From a virus, in IMG/VR virus record IMGVR_UViG_3300009537_000402, positions 1-12,004 of that record: DNA of 12,004 bases. The stretch is one strand, 5' to 3'. A program made the translations under genes and the position numbers. The notes beneath the pieces were generated by a model. That model did no database searches. It saw nothing but the letters and a program-made list of their open reading frames with translations, and was not told the origin of the DNA. The stretch's first letter is position 1. Every line of letters starts with the position of its first letter. This document shows positions 1 through 5,710 of this stretch, piece after piece.

Positions 1-99
1 CCGAGCGTAGCGTTGCATCGATGACAACGCTTTAAGCCCCGACCCTACGCAAAAGGGTCAAACCCCTGTGGTTTGAGGGGTGCTGAGACTATTTAGGGC
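1..99. repeat. Terminal direct repeat, copy 1. It is identical to 11906-12004 and is the signature of a circular or terminally redundant genome with an 11,905-bp unit length.
   Basis: Read directly: ccgagcgtagcgttgcatcgatgacaacgc...gctgagactatttagggc at 1-99 recurs base for base at 11906-12004. Confidence 0.95.
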
Positions 100-115
100 T
101 CTTTGAGGATGGATT
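96..115. repeat. Right arm of the perfect 20-bp inverted repeat (gggctctttgaggatggatt).
   Basis: It is the exact reverse complement of 11810-11829. Confidence 0.9.
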
Positions 116-142
116 TAATAGCACATAAAGAATTACAAGTAT

Positions 143-161
143 GAACGAGCTACGCTCGTTC
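143..161 (-). terminator. Perfect 8-bp hairpin with a 3-nt loop, downstream of the 61-aa ORF. Possible terminator or processing site, but not canonical.
   Basis: The sequence is gaacgagc-tac-gctcgttc. On the minus strand it is followed by atacttgtaattcttt, which is T-containing but not a clean U-tract. Its 3' half can alternatively pair with 2-11. Confidence 0.25.
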
Positions 162-204
162 AAGTAAAGTAAATATTTAAATGTTGCTATTAAATCTATT
201 AATA

Positions 205-390
205 TCACTCTGTTCGAGCCCTCAAATGTAACCAAGTATATTCCATAACTGGTGTTTTAGCTTTCTCTTGCTTACGCCTAAATAGCTTGATGGGCTTATT
301 TATTACTTCACTTTCTATCTTTTCAATGTTACTGAAGTTGTGAGATTCAATGTTTATTTCTATTTTTTTCCTATATAACTTCGGTTTCAT
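205..390 (-). CDS. Hypothetical basic 61-aa protein, the last gene before the structured island.
   Basis: ATG start at 390 forms an ATGA overlap with the stop of the upstream 113-aa ORF (tcat at 387-390). It is co-oriented with all other genes. No family was recognised. Confidence 0.55.
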   Translation of the reverse strand: MKPKLYRKKIEINIESHNFSNIEKIESEVINKPIKLFRRKQEKAKTPVMEYTWLHLRARTE

Positions 391-728
391 TGTATAGGTT
401 TCAAGCTACCTTTAACAACATTGGCGTAAGTACCTCTATCAGTTATATTATTGATAGTCATGAAGGAGCATTTCTTTCCGACTAGTACATCCGCAGGGTC
501 GATTTCTTTACCTACCTCTAACTTAGCACCGAAATCGACCAGAAGCAAACCTAGTTTACTATCTTGTGTTATGTTAGTCGGATAGCCATCTATTACTCTA
601 AGCCCTTCACCAAATTCAATAACAATATCAGTGTACTGGAAGGGCTGTTCTCTATATTTAACTTCAACAATGACTCCTTCATGTTTACCTTCTTCAATAA
701 TCCTAGTTTGTTCTATTTTTATTTTCAT
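387..728 (-). CDS. Hypothetical 113-aa protein, possibly an OB-fold DUF669-like phage protein (weak).
   Basis: ATGA overlap with the upstream wHTH gene (tcat at 725-728). The pattern G.HEGVIVEVK...SKLGLLLVDFGA...VLVGKKCSF resembles DUF669-type phage proteins from memory only. Confidence 0.6.
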   Translation of the reverse strand: MKIKIEQTRIIEEGKHEGVIVEVKYREQPFQYTDIVIEFGEGLRVIDGYPTNITQDSKLGLLLVDFGAKLEVGKEIDPADVLVGKKCSFMTINNITDRGTYANVVKGSLKPIQ

Positions 729-991
729 AGTTTCAATTCCTCTTTCATTTTTACTACTAATGATGATATAGTAGTCCTAGCTTTGTCTAATGGTGCTTTA
801 TTTGTTATTTCATAACTGACTTTTCTTTGACTCTCAATTCTTTTAAGCCAGCCTTTAGTTACCATACTAGCCAGAATTCTTAGTAGATAATTATAATCTA
901 TTTCTAGCTTGGCAGATATTTTGGTCGCATATTTATTTTCATTACTTACTTGACTAAGATAAGTAAGAATTCTTGCTTCTGACTTCTTCAT
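725..991 (-). CDS. Winged helix-turn-helix DNA-binding protein (ArsR/MarR/TrmB-like, 88 aa from the ATG at 991).
   Basis: The track ORF starts at a GTG (1003) that lies inside the Shine-Dalgarno site. ATG 991 is preceded by GGGGTGA plus 8 nt. The sequence EARILTYLSQ...YATKISAKLEIDYNYLLRILASMVTKGWLKR is a typical wHTH recognition-helix plus wing pattern. Confidence 0.7.
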   Translation of the reverse strand: MKKSEARILTYLSQVSNENKYATKISAKLEIDYNYLLRILASMVTKGWLKRIESQRKVSYEITNKAPLDKARTTISSLVVKMKEELKL

Positions 992-1214
992 TTGTTTAAT
1001 CACCCCATACTAGAGTAATACTTAACTAATATATTAATGTATCTAATATTCGTTTCATAACCTTTATAAACTAGGGGGTTTTTTATCAATTTATCTAGTT
1101 CTAGTGCTATTAAAAAGTTAATTTAATTAGTTAATTAGATGCAGTTATAATTTTGTTAATACTATATCATTAGTAGTATTTTTCTTTGAGCAAAAAAATT
1201 AAGCCAATTACGGC
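992..1214 (-). promoter_or_regulatory. AT-rich intergenic region upstream of the wHTH gene. It is the probable promoter or operator region and a possible origin.
   Basis: About 220 nt lack any ORF. The region holds AT palindromes (taatatatta; ttaatttaattagttaatta with gttaatt repeated). A minus-strand extended -10-like TGATATAGT lies at 1161-1169. No canonical -35/-10 pair with good spacing was found. Confidence 0.35.
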
Positions 1215-1217
1215 TCA
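1192..1217 (-). terminator. Candidate intrinsic terminator after the 55-aa ORF.
   Basis: The minus strand reads tgagcc-gtaatt-ggctta, a 6-bp stem including one G-U pair, followed by attttttt. The stem is short and overlaps the stop codon. Confidence 0.35.
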
Positions 1218-1382
1218 ATTTTTCTTTTCATTTCTGAAACAAGCAACGGTATGACCAAGTACCTTTACTCTAAGGTAATCTCGACCTTTTTTATCCTTTG
1301 CTTCCCAGATATCTACACCATTGCCTTTGTAAGTAGGTGCAGTACCTACGAATTCAGTTTCATTTATTTTAGTTTTTGCCAT
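1215..1382 (-). CDS. Hypothetical 55-aa protein, below the ORF-track length cutoff (MAKTKINETEFVGTAPTYKGNGVDIWEAKDKKGRDYLRVKVLGHTVACFRNEKKN).
   Basis: Translated by hand. ATG at 1382 is preceded by GGAG plus 10 nt, and the stop TGA is at 1217-1215. It is the only co-oriented ORF in the 1003-1552 gap. Confidence 0.5.
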   Translation of the reverse strand: MAKTKINETEFVGTAPTYKGNGVDIWEAKDKKGRDYLRVKVLGHTVACFRNEKKN

Positions 1383-1416
1383 TTTTATATAGCTCCGCCA
1401 TGTTCGTAATCTTTGT

Positions 1417-1446
1417 CACGACTTAGACACCTTTCCCTTAGTCGTG
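1417..1446. promoter_or_regulatory. Imperfect hairpin in the leader of the 55-aa ORF.
   Basis: Stem cacgact (1417-1423) pairs with agtcgtg (1440-1446). One mismatch and 2 more base pairs follow, and the loop is acacctttcc. Confidence 0.25.
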
Positions 1447-1551
1447 TTTAGAGACTATCTGGACTTCTGCAGTACGGGAGCAAGTAAGTCTATTTATGAT
1501 TTTTTTTCTGTTAAAATTATTAAATAAGACTTTTGCGTGTACGAAGTAGTT

Positions 1552-2373
1552 TTAGAAGATAGTTTTCCAAGCGTCACCGATGTTAATTTGTGCTCCTTCT
1601 ACAGCTTTCCATGTGTCTCCTATGTTGATTTGCATCGCTTCTACGCTTTTCCAGGCATCACCTATATTTATTTGGCAATTTGTACCTTCAGAAAAAGGGT
1701 AAGCTAATCCATTTCCACTGTTATACAGGGAAGTAACTTCTGCAGCTGTTAGGGCTTTGTTCCAGATGCCAATTTCATCGATGTTTCCATCGTAAGCAGA
1801 GGAAGTACTGCTTATGGTATCTGCATAGGTAGTTCCAGAGCCCGAAACAAAAGAAGCATTTGTGAAGTCATTTGAGGCTGCATTAACATCAACAGTTCCG
1901 TTGATGTAAATAGAGATAGTGTCATTTGCGAAATCACAAACCCCTACAACATGAGTCCATGCACCAGCTTCGCTGATCGTGCCAGTTGTTGTTTCGCTTT
2001 GATATGAGCCCCCTGTGCCTGGGTTTGCAGCACATAGTACTGTGTCGCTGGAAGTAACATACATAGCAAAGGCAGTATGTCCAGCATCACTGAAGTAGGA
2101 ATTAAAGATAAAACGGGTATCAGCAGCAGAGTTTGTATAGACCCAAGCTGAGACTGATATTGCAGCTGCTCCGCTGAAGTTATCATTGATGTAGCCAGTT
2201 CCAAATGTGATGTGGTCGTCTGCACCGTCAAAGTCATAGGATGTGTTGATGTGGCCTGATTGGTTTTGGACTGCTCCTGATACTGTTCCGTTTTTTGTTC
2301 CAACAGCATCAACAGCATCGCCAGATGATTCGTCAAGTTTCCAATATCCAATACATCCATCAATTATTGCCAT
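1552..2373 (-). CDS. LamG / concanavalin-A-like lectin-domain protein (273 aa), a probable distal tail fiber or receptor-binding protein.
   Basis: The start is moved to ATG 2373, which is preceded by GAAGAGG plus 7 nt. The pattern GYWKLDESSGD...DFDGADDHITFG...FSGAAAISVSAWVY...IDEIGIWNKALTAAEV is the classic Laminin_G_3-type signature. The C-terminus carries three 14-aa repeats. Confidence 0.8.
   Translation of the reverse strand: MAIIDGCIGYWKLDESSGDAVDAVGTKNGTVSGAVQNQSGHINTSYDFDGADDHITFGTGYINDNFSGAAAISVSAWVYTNSAADTRFIFNSYFSDAGHTAFAMYVTSSDTVLCAANPGTGGSYQSETTTGTISEAGAWTHVVGVCDFANDTISIYINGTVDVNAASNDFTNASFVSGSGTTYADTISSTSSAYDGNIDEIGIWNKALTAAEVTSLYNSGNGLAYPFSEGTNCQINIGDAWKSVEAMQINIGDTWKAVEGAQINIGDAWKTIF
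1555..1674 (-). repeat. In-frame 42-nt tandem repeat, about 2.9 copies, encoding QINIGD(A/T)WK(S/A/T)VE.. at the C-terminus of the LamG protein.
   Basis: Trp codons (cca on the plus strand) occur at 1567, 1609 and 1651, exactly 42 nt apart. The copies differ mainly at synonymous positions (gtcaccgatgttaat, gtctcctatgttgat, atcacctatatttat). Confidence 0.85.
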
Positions 2374-2582
2374 ACATAAACCTCTTCTGTGCATGGTTTT
2401 GGGGGTTTTTCATCGTGATAGCAGGTGTGTTTGGTGTATTTGTAGGTTTTTCCTTCAATTTTTTTAGGAGAAAGTTTAGTTTTAGCTAAATCCAGGTTTC
2501 CATTTTTAATTTCTTCTCTGATATTGTGAGGTGCTATTTTTCCAGGCTCTTTGTCTTCTAGGGCTTCAAGATAGATTTTCAT
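2364..2582 (-). CDS. Hypothetical 72-aa protein between the two fiber genes.
   Basis: TAATG overlap with the tail fiber stop at 2582. The C-terminus has HTCYHDEKPPKPC, a possible small metal-binding knuckle (speculative). Confidence 0.55.
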   Translation of the reverse strand: MKIYLEALEDKEPGKIAPHNIREEIKNGNLDLAKTKLSPKKIEGKTYKYTKHTCYHDEKPPKPCTEEVYVWQ

Positions 2583-3175
2583 TATGCTGTGTATTGGATG
2601 TATATTGTTCCGATTGGGAAGTTAGAAGCTGTGGGTGGTGTTGCATCAGTGTTGTAAAGTACTTGTGCAGTGTATTGAGTGTCGGCCGAGCTATTATCCC
2701 CTGTTAAAGTTAAGCCTACGCCTGTGTCTGAGGCATCATTTTTGAGAAAAGCGTCATCGACATTGAGGGTGTTGGTGGATAAAGTGCAGTTTGTACCTGC
2801 AACTAAGGCTGTTTTAGACATATCAATAGCTGCACTGGCATTTATATCAGCATTTACAATAACTCCAGAGCCGATAGCAACAACACCAGCATTAGACATG
2901 GTGGCATCACCACTTAAGGCATATTCTATGGGTGCTGAGGATGCGTTTCCTATCCATATTTTACCATCAGCTAGGGTTGTATCTCCAGTATTGTCATCAA
3001 CATATTTTTTAGTGGCAATTTCATAATCAGTGGTAGGTGTTACTCTCACTCTACCACGCGAGTGATCTCCAGAGTGATTAGGAAGGATTAAGCCAGTTCC
3101 TACTGGTGTGGCTTTAATTGGCTCCATCTTGGAGCTTACTTGTTTGATTAATCTTGATTCTTTTGTTCTTGCCAT
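2582..3175 (-). CDS. Tail fiber protein (197 aa).
   Basis: The N-terminal region has the EIATKKYVDD motif common in phage tail fiber N-termini. It is followed by Gly/Ser/Thr/Asn-rich beta-type sequence (GDATMSNAGVVAIGSGVIVNADINASAAIDMSKTAL). The start is a TAATG overlap at 3175. Confidence 0.75.
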   Translation of the reverse strand: MARTKESRLIKQVSSKMEPIKATPVGTGLILPNHSGDHSRGRVRVTPTTDYEIATKKYVDDNTGDTTLADGKIWIGNASSAPIEYALSGDATMSNAGVVAIGSGVIVNADINASAAIDMSKTALVAGTNCTLSTNTLNVDDAFLKNDASDTGVGLTLTGDNSSADTQYTAQVLYNTDATPPTASNFPIGTIYIQYTA

Positions 3176-3330
3176 TATTCAAACCCCGCCTTCTTGCGTC
3201 TAGCGACAAGAGAGCCATTTTCAGCAATTAAATTGAGTTTTCTGCCAGTTTGTTTGGTAGTTCTAGCAGTAAGTCCAGATGTAACTGGGTAATCAGTTTT
3301 AACTTCTGCTTGGTTATGAGTATCTGGCAT
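3175..3330 (-). CDS. Hypothetical 51-aa protein, below the track cutoff (MPDTHNQAEVKTDYPVTSGLTARTTKQTGRKLNLIAENGSLVARRKKAGFE).
   Basis: Translated by hand. Its stop overlaps the fiber start as TAATG at 3175, and it fills an otherwise empty co-oriented gap. There is no Shine-Dalgarno site. Confidence 0.45.
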   Translation of the reverse strand: MPDTHNQAEVKTDYPVTSGLTARTTKQTGRKLNLIAENGSLVARRKKAGFE

Positions 3331-3362
3331 ACAAAGAAGAAAGTAAAGGAGTTTAATAAATT

Positions 3363-3545
3363 TTATGTTGATACTGAGCCATTAAGGATGCCCTGGTCGA
3401 TTAGCTGTCTGATAACTTCGCCTAGAACATCAGCAATTTCAGCATCGGCTGCGGCGTTGCAGTCCATAGCTAAATCTTGTGTGTGATTAGTTACTGAGAA
3501 AGCTGGTGCGTGGATGTTATTATTATCCCTTAGATTTCTTGGCAT
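3363..3545 (-). CDS. Hypothetical 60-aa protein.
   Basis: The start is moved from 3593 to ATG 3545, which is preceded by AAGAGGT plus 5 nt. This cuts the overlap with the upstream ORF from 71 nt to 23 nt. Confidence 0.55.
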   Translation of the reverse strand: MPRNLRDNNNIHAPAFSVTNHTQDLAMDCNAAADAEIADVLGEVIRQLIDQGILNGSVST

Positions 3546-3750
3546 CTTTAACCTCTTTTTTTGGCTGGGAAGGTTTGCTACCTTCAAGTTCATTTCGGAT
3601 AGCAGAGTCGATAAATTTTTTACCAGTTAGAATATGATTTTTCATCATATCATAGTTTTTTTGAGACTGTTCTTTAGCGTGGTCTGTCTCAGCATTTTCT
3701 ATGTTATGTTTATAAGCTTTAAGAAGTGCAGCACAATTATCTATTGTCAT
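3523..3750 (-). CDS. Hypothetical helical, Lys-rich 75-aa protein downstream of the capsid gene.
   Basis: ATGA overlap with the capsid gene stop (tcat at 3747-3750). Confidence 0.55.
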   Translation of the reverse strand: MTIDNCAALLKAYKHNIENAETDHAKEQSQKNYDMMKNHILTGKKFIDSAIRNELEGSKPSQPKKEVKDAKKSKG

Positions 3751-4634
3751 GTAATTGTATCGGTGATTACATGAACAGCTTTAGGGTCTGTTAGTAAACA
3801 CTCGCCCTCTTCCCAGACTCTAATTGTTTTTCCGATGCCCGGGTCATCAACGATAGCTGTGGTTAAACCTGTAAACTGCTTCCATGTTGCAGCTCTTTTA
3901 GGTACAAACATGATAACAGTATCGGTTGTCATATTGACACTAACTACAATTTTACAGCCTAGTAATTCCATGACTACTCCGGATTTAACTTTATCGCTGG
4001 AGAATTGAGGAATACTTGAGCCTTTAACATCGATTAAGTAGTTTAAAAGGTGTTTGTGTTCAGCTGGGTGCATATAAATAATACATCCTTCTGGGTCATA
4101 TCTGTTAGTTCGGATTTGTTCTTTTCCGTTTAAGATATCAGTGATAGGATTACCGGTTACTGTGTCGTCCCAGCCATCTTGGGTAGCGGCAGCGGTGTTT
4201 ACATTACCGCCTGTACCTAGAGTGTCGCCTAGAACTGTTAAAATTCTTTGATCGACTTGATTTGATACAGCTAAAACTAAGTCTCTGACATTAGTAGCTA
4301 GGATATCTGGGTCTGTGTCTTTGATATCTTCAATAGTAATTAGAGGAGATGCAACAAAGAATTTTTTAACATAGCTAGTCTGCCGAGTCCATGACTGCTC
4401 GGCTACGACCGGCAATGCTTTAAACGAGGTATTTAAAATTTGTGATGCAGTGATAGCAGTAGTATCAGTAGAATCAATAAACCCTGCAGTTTTTTGATAC
4501 CATCGGATTTCTCTAGCATTTGTTTTGGCTACTGTTACAAATCTTTTGAGCATTAACGCTTCATCAGCAAAGCCTTTGGCTAGTTTGTCTATGTTAATTC
4601 CTCTTATATCCGCTTGTGCGCTTGAGTCTGCCAT
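3747..4634 (-). CDS. Major capsid protein (295 aa, presumed HK97 fold).
   Basis: The size and position (scaffold-like, decoration-like, then this ORF) are typical. It is a long uninterrupted ORF with a TAATG-coupled start. The fold is assumed and was not verified. Confidence 0.7.
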   Translation of the reverse strand: MADSSAQADIRGINIDKLAKGFADEALMLKRFVTVAKTNAREIRWYQKTAGFIDSTDTTAITASQILNTSFKALPVVAEQSWTRQTSYVKKFFVASPLITIEDIKDTDPDILATNVRDLVLAVSNQVDQRILTVLGDTLGTGGNVNTAAATQDGWDDTVTGNPITDILNGKEQIRTNRYDPEGCIIYMHPAEHKHLLNYLIDVKGSSIPQFSSDKVKSGVVMELLGCKIVVSVNMTTDTVIMFVPKRAATWKQFTGLTTAIVDDPGIGKTIRVWEEGECLLTDPKAVHVITDTIT

Positions 4635-5047
4635 TATGCTAAGTTAACATTAAAAGGTGCTAATTTGAATAGGAAGCTTTCTGTGTCGGCTGCTGTTTCT
4701 AAAGCCATGCCTACGATTGCTTCAGAGTTTACATCTGCAACTACTAACTCGTTGGCTGCTCCTGTTGCTGTATCTGTGATAATTGCTAGTCCAGCTGTAA
4801 CTCCAGCTGCTCCAGCAAATCCTCTGAAGATGCCTTCCATATAAACTGCTATTTTGGTTTTACCATCGTTAGCGATTTTTTCTTCTGCAGCAATACCAAT
4901 GATTTCATCAGTATCTCCAGTAGTGACCGCAACAGTAGCCGGGTCAGTTAAAATAAGAATTGAGCCTTTTTCGATGGTTGCACCATCAGCACAAGTAAAC
5001 GGTACTGGTACGCCAGTTTCGTAAATTAGGGTTGCTTCGAGTGCCAT
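4634..5047 (-). CDS. DUF2190-like head decoration or capsid-associated protein (137 aa).
   Basis: It is Gly/Ala/Thr-rich (GIAAEE...GFAGAAGVTAGLAIITDTATG) and lies immediately upstream of the capsid gene, as in many DUF2190-family decoration proteins. Confidence 0.5.
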   Translation of the reverse strand: MALEATLIYETGVPVPFTCADGATIEKGSILILTDPATVAVTTGDTDEIIGIAAEEKIANDGKTKIAVYMEGIFRGFAGAAGVTAGLAIITDTATGAANELVVADVNSEAIVGMALETAADTESFLFKLAPFNVNLA

Positions 5048-5068
5048 GGGGGTAGGAAGGATATTGTT

Positions 5069-5260
5069 CTATTTAAACTTTTCCTTCTCTATGGTTATTT
5101 TGCCTTTAGCAAATCCTAAAATCCCTTTTTGTACTACCAAAGCATCTTCATATTGTTCTATCAGAGCTTCGGTTTCATCGTGTACTTTAGTCCAAATAAC
5201 TTCAGTTTTACTGCCTATTTTTACACCTAGGTCTTTTGGTACTTTTGGTTTGTCTCCCAT
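5069..5260 (-). CDS. Hypothetical 63-aa protein.
   Basis: TAATG overlap with the upstream scaffold-like ORF at 5260. It is co-oriented with the other genes. Confidence 0.5.
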   Translation of the reverse strand: MGDKPKVPKDLGVKIGSKTEVIWTKVHDETEALIEQYEDALVVQKGILGFAKGKITIEKEKFK

Positions 5261-5568
5261 TATAATCGCCCAGCCATAATTCTTTTGGCGTACTCTTGGG
5301 GCGTTTCTTCTTTCTCTACCTTGGGAGTACCAGCTTGAGATTTGCCGCTTAAAATGTCTGTCGTAGCCATCTTTTCAGCTCTTTCCAGATTTTTGACCAG
5401 CTTTTTATTTTCTTCTTTAAGTTCTTTAACAACTTGTTTGGCCTCTTTTATGGAAGTAGGAGCGTCCGATTCCTCGGACTCCTCTCCTTCTTCTTCATCT
5501 GTGGGTGTGTTTTCCTCAACAGATTCCTCTGGTTGAGCATCAACATCCCCATTTAGTTCTTCAGTCAT
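5260..5568 (-). CDS. Acidic coiled-coil protein (102 aa), a putative scaffolding protein.
   Basis: It has a strong Shine-Dalgarno site (AAAGGTGA plus 4 nt). The N-terminus is Glu/Asp-rich and is followed by a helical KELKEENKKLVKNLERAEK segment. It sits between the portal-proximal genes and the capsid gene. Confidence 0.55.
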   Translation of the reverse strand: MTEELNGDVDAQPEESVEENTPTDEEEGEESEESDAPTSIKEAKQVVKELKEENKKLVKNLERAEKMATTDILSGKSQAGTPKVEKEETPQEYAKRIMAGRL

Positions 5569-5572
5569 TTTA

Positions 5573-5710
5573 TCACCTTTTTAATCTGATTATGAGTGTG
5601 TTTATCGCTTCTGTGTTTTTCCTTAAAATCTTCTCAAATCGGACTATAAGGTAAATACTTAAAGCAATAGGGAATCCTACAGTACTTATTAATTCTACGA
5701 TTTCTTGCAT
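5573..5710 (-). CDS. YvrJ-like small membrane protein (45 aa, below the track cutoff): MQEIVELISTVGFPIALSIYLIVRFEKILRKNTEAINTLIIRLKR.
   Basis: Translated by hand. The start is a TAATG overlap with the 458-aa ORF stop at 5710. The GFPIA..YL.VR.E pattern matches my recollection of the YvrJ family, which consists of short Bacillota and phage peptides. Confidence 0.5.
   Translation of the reverse strand: MQEIVELISTVGFPIALSIYLIVRFEKILRKNTEAINTLIIRLKR

Larger units (their letters stand above)
1..161. other. The same structured island, 3' part (1-99 duplicates 11906-12004). It holds hairpin E, a three-way junction, the 3' strands of the two long helices, and a distal 8-bp hairpin.
   Basis: Hairpin E is 9-15 agcgttg/25-31 caacgct, with the 8-nt palindrome catcgatg (16-23) in its loop. 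Helix 37-40 cccc/77-80 gggg encloses hairpins 41-45 gaccc/55-59 gggtc and 60-64 aaacc/70-74 ggttt. The distal hairpin is 143-150 gaacgagc/154-161 gctcgttc. Confidence 0.5.

Noticed and set aside
8-13. TAGCGT, which matches the CS-6 motif of ssoA-type single-strand origins of rolling-circle plasmids.
   Set aside because: A 6-mer is expected several times by chance in 12 kb. Here it lies in a stem rather than a terminal loop, and no HUH-type Rep gene is present. It is only worth remembering if the island proves to act as ssDNA.
36-80. A tRNA or tRNA-like element in the GC island, suggested by gggtcaaaccc looking T-arm-like.
   Set aside because: There is no 5-bp stem with a 7-nt TTCRANY loop, no acceptor or anticodon arm geometry, and no GGTTCGA-type T-loop on either strand.
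16-90. A small self-cleaving ribozyme. Candidates were a hammerhead CUGANGA core near gatgac or ctgagac, and twister- or pistol-like strings such as UAAGCCCC, AAAAGGG and GAGGGG.
   Set aside because: There is no exact CUGANGA plus GAAA core. The twister and pistol resemblances are isolated short strings whose surrounding helices do not fit the consensus architectures as I remember them. A covariance-model search would be needed to settle it.
219-226. The 8-nt complement between agccctca (219-226, inside the 61-aa ORF) and tgagggct (11879-11886).
   Set aside because: About one such 8-mer match is expected by chance within a region of this size, and one partner is coding.
1944-2363. A 139-aa minus-strand ORF nested out of frame in the LamG gene, and a 79-aa ORF (7322-7561) nested in the portal gene.
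   Set aside because: They are alternative-frame shadows of genes with clear family signatures. Composition is Leu/Gln/Thr-rich, and there is no independent start context.
3345-3385. A strong plus-strand Shine-Dalgarno-like AAAGGAG (3345-3351) followed by ATG at 3365.
   Set aside because: The ATG opens a 6-codon frame (ATG TTG ATA CTG AGC CAT TAA). The motif is simply the complement of the CTCCTTT string in the non-coding gap between the minus-strand 60-aa and 51-aa ORFs.
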